A stretch of 64,000 nucleotides of DNA from Octopus sinensis (GCF_006345805.1 NC_042997.1:101742001-101806000), one strand, 5' to 3'; shown: positions 1 to 12,757, counted from the stretch's first letter. A program made the numbers and translations. Notes: a model not told the origin generated them from the sequence alone.

Positions 1-80
1 AATATAACACTCAAAGTATTAGAAAATTAATCAAAAATAGAATAAAGATAGTTATAGGCACAGACATTGCTATGTGAACA

Positions 81-233
81 GGCACATGAATAGCTGTGTG
101 GTTAAGAAGCCTGCTTTTTAACCATATGGTCTCTGGTTCAATCCCACTGTGTGACACCTTGGACAAGAATCTTCTACTACAGGCCAACAAAAGCCTTGTG
201 AGTGGATCTGGTTGACAGAAACTGGGAAAAGCC

Positions 234-290
<57 letters not shown>

Positions 291-530
291 ATATTTTTTT
301 TTTTTTTTATGCATGTGTGTACCTTGACATCATGTGATAATTGTAAACAAACAACACCAACATACAAGTGAAGTTATTCATTTCTTCCATGAAAAACATG
401 CTTGGCTATGGGGAGATGTTACCTTACCGAGAAACAGGTAAAGGTTGACCACAGGAAAATCTATCTCAATAAATTCCATTCTGATCCATGCAAACATGGA
501 AAAATGAATGCTAAATGATGATGGTGATGA
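81..530 (+). mobile_element. octopus-type tRNA-derived SINE with internal (TA)n and (GAT)n tail
   Basis: gctgtgtggttaagaagc...ggttcaatcccactg head recurs at 20020, 31541, 36680 and 48620; tail atgatgatggtgatgat. Confidence 0.7.
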
Positions 531-580
531 TCAGAACTAGGCAATGTATTTTAGTTCATTAATAACATGGCTGTACATAC

Positions 581-709
581 TTCTTTTAGCTTCATTTTTT
601 TCTTTTTACGTGATATTTTCCTTTTTTTATTTCTCACAGCATTCCTTTTCTTTTGTTGCTCTGCTTCTTCAGATGCTTTAGAATTATCTATATTTTCTAA
701 AGTTGGAAT
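581..709 (-). CDS. second coding exon of the same gene (IPTLENIDNSKASEEAEQQKKRNAVRNKKRKISRKKKKMKLKE); gene continues off the left edge
   Basis: atattttttccag acceptor, GAA|gtatgt donor, 129 nt stop-free, phase 0-0, in frame with exon 2498-2596. Confidence 0.75.
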
Positions 710-1159
710 CTGGAAAAAATATGAAACAAACCTGTTACAAGGATTTTTTTTTTTTTTAATTTTGTACTGGTTGTATTAAATTATATTTCACATCTATGAA
801 ATTCTTCCAGCTAATAGTGATGAGAGTATTTGCTGAGGTTTAGTTCATTACACCTTCTATAATATTTTTTTTTCTTTTACATCAACTTTTTTGTTTCAAA
901 TAATTGATATTAAGCAAGTATGGAGGAATGAGTATATCAAAGAATCAGTCAAGATAAAAGGACTTGCAGTATGTCATATTCTCTTACATTTTGAGTTGAA
1001 TGACAGCTGGAAATTACAAGTTAAAATGCTAGCAGTTTTTGACAAGTGCACGAACAAGATAGTTGTTAGTCCTTCCATCAAATACTGATGTTGTAGTTGA
1101 GTCACAGGTTGCTGAAGGTGTCTAGTGCAATATGTTCATGTCTATAATATTTATTAGTT

Positions 1160-1290
1160 ATCCGAGGTCAACTTTGTCTTCCATCCTTTCAGGGTCAATA
1201 AAATAAGTATCATTTGAGCACTGGAGTCAATATGATTTACCCCCTACCCCAAACTTGCTAGTCCTGTGCCAAAATCTGAAGCCAATATTT
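1160..1290 (+). mobile_element. tRNA-derived SINE, second family, 3' part
   Basis: gaggtcaactttgtcttccatcctttcagggtcaataaaataagt core recurs at 11541, 19620, 51181-51590, 54451 and 59061. Confidence 0.7.
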
Positions 1291-2039
1291 ATTAGTTATA
1301 ATATTAGTGTCAAAAGTTTCTCAGTCTGGTTCTAATGTCCAGGTCAAGGTTTTTCTTGAGATGTATACTGCCATAGCCATTACCTGTGGTTTTTATAAGC
1401 CAGAGAAGAGTTCAAAATTATTTTGACTGGCCATCGCCACTTCAACAACAAAAAAAAAAAGGTTTCTCTTTCCATGCAAGAAAAACAATAAAAAAAATCT
1501 GCTCAACTATTCCATACCATTTATGTTCCACAGTCAAAACCCACTTGGCAACAATATACTTTATTCCATCTTAGGTGTAGTTTAGTGATTTAAACTGTCC
1601 CTGACACATGATCAAAATATAGCCAGTGGACTGAGAGTTCAGTTTTCAAATTTTTGGCAAGACTTATTATTTTAGGTACTGATGTTGAGTCAACTGACAC
1701 TATCATCATCCAATATTTGAGACATTATACCAATGTGAAAAAATTAATATTAAATATGAACAAATTTGTTGCATTGACAAGTAAAGCTAATTTGTCATAA
1801 TTAACAGTGAAGTAACAGAAGAAAATATAACTGTGTATATGTTTGTTTATGTGTAGGGGGTGCTGTTATGTCGCCATAATAGTCAAATTTCCCTAAAACC
1901 ATATCTTATCGCCTTGAAAAGGAAAGATATATACATTATGTATTGCTAAATAATGTATATCTGGAAAAATGATCAGATGACTAAAGGTATATTCGATCAG
2001 AGATGATCTGAGATAAATAACAACAGGAATTTTACTCGG

Positions 2040-2680
2040 AACAGCATTTTGCTAGAGTGATACAAGACTATGTATCCATTCCGGTTTCATATTGTGCCAG
2101 CGATCTGCTGTATTCTTCTAAAAAGTTACAGACCATACATTTATAGAGGAAGAAAAGAAGCAGATGTTATGATCTGAATGCCGTTCCTAAGAAAATTAAC
2201 AATATTAGTTACATGAAATTGCTCAATCAGGTAATAAAAATTATAAACGTTTAAGCTCTTCTTAAAGCTTGTGAGAAGTTTAATTCATTAGATGAAATTA
2301 CATTTCAGTCACTCAAAAATATGAAATCAGTACGAAAACGATAAAATTAATTTTCAATAGTTTCTACATTTACTGTCAATAGATAAAAACCAGTAAAAAG
2401 TTGAATGGTGGAAAATGAAGCAAAACAAACGACCACGTGTGCTAAAGTGCCGTTTAATTGAGTAAACAAACATAAATATGCAACACGAATAACTCACTTG
2501 TTTCCTTTGAGAAAATGCTACGTTTTTCAACTTCTTCAATTTACGAAGAAGTTTTCTATTTTCTTTTCTTTGGGTAACTTTAATAATTCCTTTCATGTTG
2601 ATTATCAAGATATTCAACGGTGTAATGCGAAATTAATCTCATCATAAAAAAAAGACCACACGAGTTTCTGTTGCAAGAAA
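2040..2680 (-). promoter_or_regulatory. CpG-retaining 5' region (5' UTR, core promoter, proximal intron 1) of the second gene
   Basis: Visibly more CG dinucleotides than the surrounding DNA, centred on the ATG exon. Confidence 0.5.
2498..2596 (-). CDS. first coding exon of a second gene (MKGIIKVTQRKENRKLLRKLKKLKNVAFSQRKQ); basic nucleolar-type N-terminus, possibly NOM1/Sgd1-like
   Basis: caacATG start with A at -3, CAA|gtgagt donor, 99 nt, phase 0, CpG-retaining context. Confidence 0.75.
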
Positions 2681-3297
2681 GGGGGCTAATGCAGTTTCGC
2701 ACCTCTCCTTGAAAAAGGGATTTTTTCGGATTCCTACGTTTTAGATATCGGAGATTACGAATATGCCAAAAAAAATTTTTATTTAACCCCCACTTCTCCT
2801 CCTTCCCAATTTAAATTTTTTTATTTTGTTTGCTCTAAAGAGATCGTAGCAAATTGACGAACATATGCAAACTGAAATTAAATACAGACAAAAACATCAA
2901 AGTGAAAAGAATTTGCGTTTTACTTATGTTTGCCTTAAATAATATATTTGTCAACTAAATGTAGCGGTCCTATAGAAGACGTTGTTACTGTTATTTTTAA
3001 CCCCAGGAAGACAGTCATGTCTATCTATCTATCTCTTTATACACATATCCGTATCCTTACTGAATTTAAAATTTTGAAAACGTGGTTTCTGGCACGTAGA
3101 TGACAGGATTTCCGTCATCTAAAACAGGGGAAAAAATTTTTGAAAAAGTTCAAAATTTTAAATGGGAGTTGGGGAGGTGGTTACATTTTTTTTTTTTGCA
3201 TATTCGTAATCCCCGTCATCTAAAACGTAGGAATCTGAAAAAAAAATTTTCAAAAAATGCATTTTTCAAGGAAAGGTGCGAAACTGCATTAGCCCCC
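2681..3297. mobile_element. foldback MITE with long terminal inverted repeats (GGGGGCTAATGCAGTTTCGCACC ... GGTGCGAAACTGCATTAGCCCCC)
   Basis: Arms about 2681-2830 and 3140-3297 are reverse complements (also gattcctacgttttagat/atctaaaacgtaggaatc); possible imperfect TSD aagaaa/aagaag. Confidence 0.8.
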
Positions 3298-3886
3298 AAG
3301 AAGGAAATGAAAACATTTCGAAGTAGTAAAGTGAAATATAAGAACCATTTTGAAACGGGGAAGTGAAACAGACTTAGGGGACTTTTAACTCGTGAATTTT
3401 TAAAATTGATATAATATAACAGATCCAGCATTATAATTTTGTGGGAATAACAGTGAAAATACTTAAACAGGAAAAAAAGGTATTCAAAAATCTAAGATAC
3501 AAAATCAATATTTGCACTCCTATTTACTTTTCATATGTTTAGAAAACAGTGAAAAAAAAAGTGATCTGTAAAAAGTAGCTCTTACGTTTGTTCTCAACGA
3601 ACAAAAATAAATAAAAACAATAAGACATTGTAAAATTTTTGGACCCCCTAAACAAATTTTGTTCCTGAGCCAGAGCTCGTACCCTCTCAACTGGATCAAT
3701 AGTAACAACAATTACATTCACAAGCAAGTCCTTATAGGGCTTTCCATACAAACCAAGGAGAGAAAAAAGTGGAAACTGTTATTTCACTAGATATTTATAA
3801 CATCTTTTAATGGGGTGAGTTGATGGATTATGCTGGTTTGAGTTTGTAGCTTACGCTTAGTGAAATTCTCTCTCTCTCTCTCTCTT

Positions 3887-4651
3887 TGTTATATATAACA
3901 TAAATATGGACATAGCAGATAACAGCTAACCTTCGGCCATTTGAACCCTGTTGTTTCCACTACTCTGATTGGTTGGTATTGGCGCAATTTGTCTCTTGCT
4001 CTATTACACGCCAATGTGCAACCCAACCAATCGTAGCCTTCTGATAAGGTCCCATGACACAGTTATCTAAATTCTCCGTTGGAGCTTCCTAGTCACTATA
4101 AAAGCTAGTCACAACAAACCGTATTTCGTCTTTGGTTCTAGACCTTCTAAGGTCTAACCACTGACCACAGAGCACACAGTCAGTTCCAGTGACAGACTAC
4201 ACCAGCAACAACATGGAGAAACATCAACAATTCATCTAGCAGCATTCAGGACCTCCATCTCCGTCACCGCCCTCATCTTAATGATACCAACAACATCTCT
4301 ATATACACTGCAACATTTGCTCAGGTTTAACTACTCACTGCTTGTGAATTACTTCACCATGGTTAACAGAAAGTACTACCTGCGAGATCTTCCTGTATCA
4401 AATAACTGGCACAGCATAGTAGCCACAACTGCTTACATGACAAGTGATTCAACCGGCTCTGCATTTTAGCCACAACTTCTTGTTATAGAACTTCAACTAT
4501 TGTGTACCTTACTACGAACTGGTATTTATCTTCATTGTGTCTGAACTTCTAGCGTCCTGTTATAGATTCTTTCTATGCTCTGTATTTTATATCACATGCA
4601 TACACCCTTGTTTGTACACACATACACATTATGTATGCATGACGGCCTGTC

Positions 4652-4683
<32 letters not shown>

Positions 4684-4879
4684 TTATGTTGCACACACAG
4701 ACACACTCTGCTAACACATAAATAAAACCTTTCCCTTAACATTCTATAGTCGTGTTGTCTTTCTTATCCTTCTGGCAGTTGTACTCATTTATCCATTTTT
4801 GCTTTTAATGTAAGTGACTGTGTGGTGTATTAAAGGAGTCATTCATTCATCACTTCTCCTTTCGCACGGTCATTTTACA
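3887..4879 (+). mobile_element. LTR-like element (possible solo LTR)
   Basis: TG...CA termini (tgtta/ttaca), CCAAT boxes at 3963-4036, TATAAAA at about 4098, AATAAA at about 4721; no matching TSD found. Confidence 0.45.
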
Positions 4880-4899
4880 AGTTCCAATTTATGAGTATA

Positions 4900-7760
4900 T
4901 ATGGATAAAGGAAGAAAGAAAACTAGGAGGATTAAATGCAACAATTTATTCAACCTGAATAAAGGGTAGACAAACAAACTGTGAACATACATTTACTACA
5001 ACCTCAATAAATATCTCCGATGGACTGTCAGAGACAGTTAAGTAAATAATGTATAGTTTGTTTAGATATTCTTATTAGTACAATAGTAAGGAGTTAAATA
5101 CCCATTGAATAGGTCAGTAACAGTTAGGTGGTCAGCTACTTCTTGAAGGAGGCCAGTAAGGTAAAGTACACAGGTAGGTGCTCCTGTTTGGCCAGATATT
5201 CTTTTGAGCAGTTTAAGGATAGTTATATAAATAAAGCATTGGTAGGGGATCCAGTTTGATAAGACATCTGCAGCAGGAGATGGAATTTAAGTGAAAGTCC
5301 ATCTCCAAAGACCGGTTTCATTACACTTCCACCCAAATTTTCAATGGTAGTCTCTAGATGAAATTTGTTACTTTGGTCATCATTTCATCCCAGTTATCCC
5401 TTTCAACGGCCTGCATCAAAATGGACTCAAGTAACTTAATTAACTGAATTATGGAGCCTGCTAGAAATAGCAGACAAACATCACCTTAAAAGCTATGATA
5501 ATTCCTGTACTCAATAATATAATAGTATACACACGATACCTGAAACAAAAAATGCTTTTGATCATTTTTACCTGGGGCCAAACAACCACAGCCACACTTT
5601 TGGTCCAGCAATAGATTCCCATCAATAAAAACTTACCTCCCCATGAGCCAAGCTACAATAATCACCAGGTTGGTTTTTGCAAGTTTCTCTTCATTATTTT
5701 GCCCACAAAAACTCAATTTCCTGAAACTCCAATTTGTTTCCTTGCCTGAACTCAAGTAGGGCATGTCTAAAAACATTCAGTTATCACAATAAAAATTCCA
5801 GATTTAAACAACATATACAGAAGCAGTGAGAATAAGATGTCAAATGACTCAAACCAGTGACTAAATGGTTGTTACACAAAGAAGCACTACCAAATCTAAA
5901 GACGGTGCAAAAACCAACTGCCCTAGGACATCCCCTACCTGCCAATGGTCAATATCTTGATGGATTTGAGTTGTTCAGAGCCACTCCAGACTTTATAATG
6001 CATATCACAAGGTGCAACCAGTTTTTCTTAACTTAGAAGATATAAAACTCTGCTGAGTGTTCATTGATTTTACTCTTGTCAACTTTTCCTTGAAGAAGGA
6101 CTCTATCTGAAACAGACTTTTCCTCTCCCCATGACAAGTTCACTGTACTTTTTTTTTTGTCAATCTTACAAAATATCATGAGGTGGATGTTATCCTGATT
6201 GACATTGTGAGGAATAACATTTGCTTGTAGAAAGACAAGAGCTAGCTTTATCAGAAATTTCAACCAAATTCTTCCATATTCTTTAATTCTGCTTTTAGCT
6301 AAGTTATGGACCTAAAAATCTTAACAATACTACCTTTGCATTGCTTCCAGTCTATTGCTAGTTACAATACACATCAACTAAAATTGCCAAACAGAATTTG
6401 TACAGCTGACTGTTCACTCTGAGAGATGTGCTCTTCATGTAGTCACCTAGGACTTAGTTTACTGCAGATGCTGTGACATACTTCTTATGCCAATTTGCCA
6501 CAGATACTGAAGGCCAAGTTAAACTAATAAAATAAGCTGTTAAAGACTACCAATGCAAACATTCCATCTTTTTCAAGCAATCTGTTAAAGAGCTACCTAA
6601 AAGATCTCATACTTAGGATTGTATACCAAACATTGATCTTCATCTCATAGCATACAATAAGTCTGTTCTAATATTTCTGATGAATGCGGATCCAATAAAT
6701 TGGTTTTGTTGTTTCAAGTTTGCTATTTGAGAGACAAGAAAAGCAGGCAGTGTAATGCATAAAGGCATCTTTCATTATAAGATGATGGTTCTGCAGGAGT
6801 TGAGGTGCTAGCAAAAACCATCCAGTTTGCAGGAATAGATGATGTTTTCCATGCATTGTCATTTGTCCCCAGTCTATTGTATTATACAAAAAAGCAGCAT
6901 TTCTGACTTTATTGGTTACCAACCTATCACCTGCAGTTCCAGAATCTTACAAATGATGGTGATCAATATAGGTTCTTCAGAGCCAGATCCACTGCATACA
7001 TGCTCCCCTACATTACACAACAGTAGTCTTTCATATTTGAGAACTTCATGGTAGGACATACTGTTGCTCTTCAGACAGCAAAGCCTTCGAACATATCTGC
7101 TAACTGAGCCTCAGTTTGATTGGAAGTTTGTCAGACCACTCTGAGAAACTTCATATACTGACAGAACATATACATATATATGACACCACATATTGATGGA
7201 ACACTTACTCTCTGTCTAATTCATATTCTGTTAACCTTTGTGTAACTCACTTTTGTCATACACTTCCAACTCTTAATGAACTACTCAATTACTTCTAGCC
7301 AAACTAGCAGCTGATAACTGAGATGATGCCATTTTTCAAATCCAGGTGGTTATTATCCACATATAACAAAACACCTCAAGTTAGACATGCATTTCTTCTC
7401 ATAACAGAAACCTTCTAAATATTCTCAATGGAAATATGGTAACCTAGTCCCTTTCAACAACACCAAAAGAAAGTTATATAAAATAACAACATATAACACA
7501 GTGCCTTTCTGACAAGAGAACAGTTCACAACAAAACAAACTTTTCAAATGTTAAGCCTTACAATTAGTCATATTTACAAAGCCTTTCCTTTAGAGCCAGA
7601 AAGTATTTCAGTGTTAAACAGCTGGTGACAATGCATAAGTGTACTTCAAAGAAGCATAATACGTCAAGTATATAGCAGCTGTTACACAGAAATACTCTAC
7701 ACTGCTTTTTCAAAATAGTCATTTGACTAATAGGCAAAGTTTCATTAAAGAATTTAACAA
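4900..7760 (+). mobile_element. heavily decayed retroelement, probably Penelope-like
   Basis: Interrupted coding-like sequence; 7600-7750 loosely resembles a GIY-YIG end; GAAACCGGTC ribozyme-type motif in inverted orientation at 5310-5319. Family assignment is inferred. Confidence 0.35.
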
Positions 7761-7779
7761 CTTCAAAGTTAATTTGTTA

Positions 7780-8060
7780 TATGGTTTCTTTATTATTATT
7801 CTTTGAAATTTTGAAAATAAACTAGGATTAGATACCCTATTATTTTTTAGTGTAAAAGTTGACACGTTTTACCTAAGTATTATGAGGATAATTGTTATTA
7901 ATTATTTTTTATTTAGAACTTAAAAGGCTTGGTGGTTTTACATATCCAGTTAGAAGAATTTGTTAATTAATTTGATAATCCACATTTTAAACTTACTTTT
8001 TTTTTTCTGAGATTATATATATAACAGTTTATATATTGCTGTTGACAGTTAACTCAAAAT
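7780..8060 (+). pseudogene. NUMT: mitochondrial 12S rRNA fragment
   Basis: Exact conserved 12S motif AAACTAGGATTAGATACCCTATTAT at 7819-7843, followed by aacttaaaaggcttggtggt, gataatccac and cagtttatatattgctgttg (decayed versions of conserved 12S blocks). Confidence 0.9.
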
Positions 8061-8099
8061 AAATCTTCATAATAATTAATATACTAATTAAAAAAAAAC

Positions 8100-8330
8100 A
8101 ACTAAAATAAGTACACATAGCCTCAAGCTCAATAGGGTTTTTTCATCCCTTTAAACCATTCAAGCCTGCTCACTATGAAAATGAATTTCTAATATATAAA
8201 ACAGAGTCTAATTCTCATTAAACCATTCATTCTAGCCCCAATTTATAAGGCAAATTATTATGCTACATTAATACAGTTACAATACCGCAGTTGTTACTAA
8301 CTTTACCTCATCTTTTATAACTTTAACTGT
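8100..8330 (-). pseudogene. NUMT: mitochondrial 16S rRNA fragment, inverted relative to the 12S piece
   Basis: Minus strand reads ctgcggtattgtaactgt..tagcataataatttgccttataaattggggctagaatgaatggttt..aagggatgaaaaaaccctattgagctt, the conserved cephalopod-type 16S block. Confidence 0.88.
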
Positions 8331-8679
8331 CCCTATGGTGCTATCACAAAAAGTTACCAGGATTCAGCCATGTTTCCTCATTTTTGCCGTTTCACACTCA
8401 TATTAAACACTTTACTCAAATCTTTTTCTTCAAAACTGCAAATTTTTCCATACCTCCTTTTTTTTTCTTCCAAGCCAAAATGTTCAATTAAATTTTCAAG
8501 TTAAACTGCATTAACTTGTCAACTGTGGGAAGACCTATAAAAGATACAGCCACCCCTCTCTACATACACATATTGTAACTCAAAATAGATAAAGCTATAT
8601 ATATATATTAGAAATATTAAAATTACTAAGTCTCTATAACTATAAGAATGCCATATTAATATGGTGATAACAATTATAT

Positions 8680-8685
8680 ATAAAT

Positions 8686-8722
<37 letters not shown>

Positions 8723-8724
8723 AT

Positions 8725-8763
<39 letters not shown>

Positions 8764-8790
8764 AATATATAAATATATCTATATATAAAG
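8680..8790. repeat. (TA)n microsatellite
   Basis: Direct reading. Confidence 0.9.
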
Positions 8791-8799
8791 TGTGTAAAT

Positions 8800-9480
8800 A
8801 TTAGGTTAAGATACTCTTGGATAGAAAAAGTGAAAGGCTGCCCATGGAAGTGGAACCCACATCATTTGTAAATATGAGACATTATACCAAGACAATTCTT
8901 CAAATTTCTTCAACCATTTTAAAAGCTTTGTTTTTACCAGCAACAGTTCTATGTTCGTCATCATTTCACGTCCGCCTTCCATGCATGACCAAACCATTAG
9001 TGTTCTCTCTTGCACACTGCATCTAATTCATTTTATGCCTAATCTTTTTTTCCATACACTAACATTGTATTGCACATGTATACTGACATTGCACATCCAG
9101 TGGAGCATACTAGCTTCATTTCTCTCTAGCCTTCACGTATCTTCTGCATTCAGCGTCCACATCTCATTGCCATGTAGCATTGCTGTTTGTACACATGCAT
9201 CATACAATCTTCCTGTCATTTGGAGAGACTGTTGGTTGCCAACAGAGGTAAAAGCTCTCTGAATTTCCTCCATCCTATTCTTATTCTAGTGATTACACTT
9301 TCCATATATCCTCCCCAACTGGTAATTATATCTCCTACATAGCAGAAAATATCTACTACAGCTAAAGAGCTTCTGGGACATTTGAGAAAATTAATTTCCT
9401 GAGTAACTGTAATTTTAATGGCTCCTGTGCATTTTCCACAACACTACTTTCTCTGATAACCTTTCTATTATTATTCCACT
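8800..9480 (-). mobile_element. decayed RTE-clade LINE 3' fragment
   Basis: Similar to the RT C-terminal part of the 18049-18870 copy (gtacacatgcatcatacaatc, gcattgcacatccagtggagcatactagc). Confidence 0.7.
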
Positions 9481-11110
9481 CGATCTTCTGTGTATCATCA
9501 TCATCATCATTACTTAATGTCCATTTTCCATACTGGCATGGGTTGGACAGTTTGACTGAGGTCTGGAGAGCCAGCAGCTGCACCAGTCTCCAATCTGATT
9601 TGGCAATGTTTCTCCAGCTGGATGCCCTTAACACCAACCACTCTGAGAGTGTAGTGGGTGCTTTTTACATGCCACCAGCACAAGAGCCAGTCAAGTGGCA
9701 CTGGCCACAGCTATGATATTGGTTTTACTTGACTCAATAGGTCTTCTCAAGCATATCATATCATCCAAAGCATCAGGGGTACTCTTAACTGGTTCGGACA
9801 TGTGTGGCTGTGATCTCACTCTAGTTGCCGGATCTTCTTAATCACAGCATATCTCCAAAAGTCTAGGTCTCTTGTCATTGATTTTGTGAGGCCCAACGTT
9901 CGAAGGTCATTCCATGTCTTCCTGGGTCTACTCCTTCCACAGTTAGGGAGTGGCACTTCCTCACACAGCTGTCCTCATCTATACGTAACACATGACCATA
10001 CCCAATTGATGCTTCTTATGCCCAACTGTTCTCTCAGGGTGCTTATGCACACTGACATTACACATCCAGCATATCATACTAACTTCATTTTCTTTCAAGC
10101 TTACGCATGTCCTTAGCAGTCATGGCCCATGTTTCACTACTGTGTAGCATGGCAGTTTGCACACATGCATCATTCAGTCTATCTTTCATCCCGAGCAAGA
10201 GGCCCTTAGTTGCCAGCTGAGGTAGGAGCTTCCTGAACTTTGCCCAGGCTATTCTTATTCTAGCCGCTACACTCTCAGAGCAACCACCCCCACTACAGAC
10301 TTGGTCACCTAGATAGTGGAAGCTGTTAATTACTTCTAGTTTCTTCCCCTGGAATGTGATAGAATCCGTTTTCTCTACATCTTAAGTGTTTATTGCACCT
10401 CTGCATCTGCCACACACAAAAACTATTTTCCCAGTTAACCTTCCTTTCATATTGCTGCATCTTTTGTGTCCGTAGTTTACACTGGGCACATCGTATGGAG
10501 TTTCTACCCATGCCTTTTTTACAGATTGAGCAAGGCCATCTACCTGAGGGGGTTTGTGATTTGACAACTTTCCTACTTACTAAGACTTTGGTTTTGCTAG
10601 GTTAACCCTAAGGCCCTTTGGTTCTAGACCTTGCTTCCACACCCTAAACTTTGTCTATTTTTGGCAGTGACTTGATTATTAGAGCAAGATATCAGCATAG
10701 AGGAGTTCCCAGGGGCAGCCAGTCTTGAATTCCTCTGTTATTGCTTGGAAAACTATAATAAATAAGATGGGGGGGGGTGCAAGAACTGATCCTTAGTGAA
10801 CTTCTACTTCTACTTGGAATTCTTCACTATACTTGTTGCCAACTCTCACCTTACTGACAGCATCCCTGTACAGCTCTTACCAACCACTCGTCCAGCCCCA
10901 GTTTCTGCATTGACCACTAGATAAGGGATTGGGGGACCCTGTCAAAGGCTTTCTCCAAGTCAACAAAAGCCAAGTACAGAAGTTTATCTTTGGCTAGATA
11001 TTTCTTCTACAGTTGCCTTACCAGAAATATAGCATCATTGGTATTTATGCCTGGCACAAAACCAAGTTGCATCTCATCTAGGCTAACTCTCTCCCAAATT
11101 AGTTGGGCTA
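9481..11110 (-). mobile_element. RTE-clade LINE, 5'-truncated and frameshifted, with (GAT)n tail
   Basis: RT motif LYLAFVDLEKAFDRVP at about 10940-10990; Cys-rich insert NSIRCAQCKL; tail catcatcat at about 9495. Confidence 0.85.
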
Positions 11111-11119
11111 AGCTTCTCT

Positions 11120-11710
11120 CAGTTTCCATCTACTGAAACCACTCACAAGGCTTTGGTCAGTCCAGGGCTACAGTAGAAGACACTTGCATAAGGTACGATG
11201 CAGTGGGACTGAATTCAGAACCATGTAATTGGGAAGCAAGTTTCTTATCACACAGGCATGCCTTTGCCTAACCGTCAAAAAATTGCTATATACATTTCAT
11301 TTTCTAAATAAATAAAGAGAAATCTTGGACTTCATCAACATAATCTTAATCTGTAGCTTTGAAAGAATCATAAAAGGTATGCATTATTAAAAGTTATGAA
11401 GAAATTAGGTGAGAGTGGCATGGGGCACTAAACTGTAGTCATGCTTATCCATACTCATAAAGATAGTCCTGCAAATTTCATCTTAAAATTTTCAGAGATG
11501 TACTGGCAAGTGATTTGATCTGAGATTGTGTCTTGAAACTGTCACAGTTACACTGACCCCAATACTCAACTGGTACTTATTTTATCAACCCTGAAAGGAT
11601 GAAAGGCAAAGTTGACCTTGGTGGAATTTGAACTCAGGATGTAAAGACAGACAAAATGTCACTAAGCATTTTACCCAGTTCAGTAATGATTCTGTCAGCA
11701 TGCCAACTTT
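11120..11710 (-). mobile_element. two tRNA-SINE copies (about 11120-11270 and 11541-11710)
   Basis: Reverse complements of the two SINE families above. Confidence 0.65.
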
Positions 11711-12094
11711 TCAATAATAATAGTTGTGCACATATTATTGTGATTCATGTGCTTGGTGTACCCTTATCAAATGGGTAGTCATGATGGGTATATTGTATAT
11801 CTATATATATTCTTTTATCCTTTTGTATGTTTCAGCCCAAAGGTTGTGGCCATGCTGGAGCACCACCAGTGTAATTACCTTTTCAATGGCTATTCTTATG
11901 TGATTGGCTTTATATACAGTTCTTTTTGTAGTAAACCAGTTTCTCTTCTAATTCACATCTTGGAAAAGTTACTTGAATTTACTATTGCCAATTGCAAAAA
12001 AGTAAAAATATTAAAAAAAAATTTTTTTATAGAAAAAAAAGTCATATTTATCATGTAATAATTTCTCTAAAATGAAAGGATAAAAACATCAACT

Positions 12095-12757
12095 TTTATT
12101 AATATCACAGTAAAATAAAAAAATACTCAAACCTAAGAAATGTAAGTACAAGTATTAAAATGTTACAACACATAATGTTTTAATTTCTAGACAATCTTTT
12201 CTAAAAACCTTTTCTTTAGTTGTATTCAACCAATTTCTTATTTCATGGAATTATAAAACAATGTAGTAATACATTATTCTTATGGAGACACATACATGCA
12301 TATCTACAGTTGTAATGATTTACATTTTTGTATATAACAGTTGCAATTTAATAGTTAATGAAATGACAATTATACAAAAATAAATTGCATCAGAAATTAA
12401 ACAATTTCAATAATCTCTGTTTTTACATATTTTTATTAAATTTGATACATATGATCATGCTCATGGTAAAAACACAGCAGAAATAGTTTTAATTTACAGT
12501 TTCACCAGATTGTCAAAGTTCTTATGATAAATGTTTTTATATATCTGTGTTTCTATACTGGCATGTTTTCAACAAAATAAAAAAGAATATTTCTCTGTTG
12601 CTTTTTTTTTTCACATTATAAATTTTTTTGAGACAAGTCTGGTTGGATACCAATACATTATCCCTAAGAGGAAGGTAACATAAATAAAAACAAGTTACAA
12701 ACTGAACAAGAACCCAGTTTGATTTTTCATTTACAATTTGTACTGAATTAAGCATAT
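12095..12757 (-). other. DOP1 3' UTR with candidate AATAAA signals at about 12432-12437 and 12095-12100
   Basis: Repeat-free AU-rich sequence after the stop; plus-strand tttatt hexamers. Confidence 0.55.

Noticed and set aside
5305-5390. GAAACCGGTC hammerhead-type 3' half in inverted orientation
   Set aside because: The 5' core and spacing are too degenerate to model; used only as weak support for a Penelope-like origin.
8330-8680. Possible mitochondrial tRNA or control-region continuation of the NUMT
   Set aside because: Could not fold a credible cloverleaf or recognise a diagnostic motif by eye.
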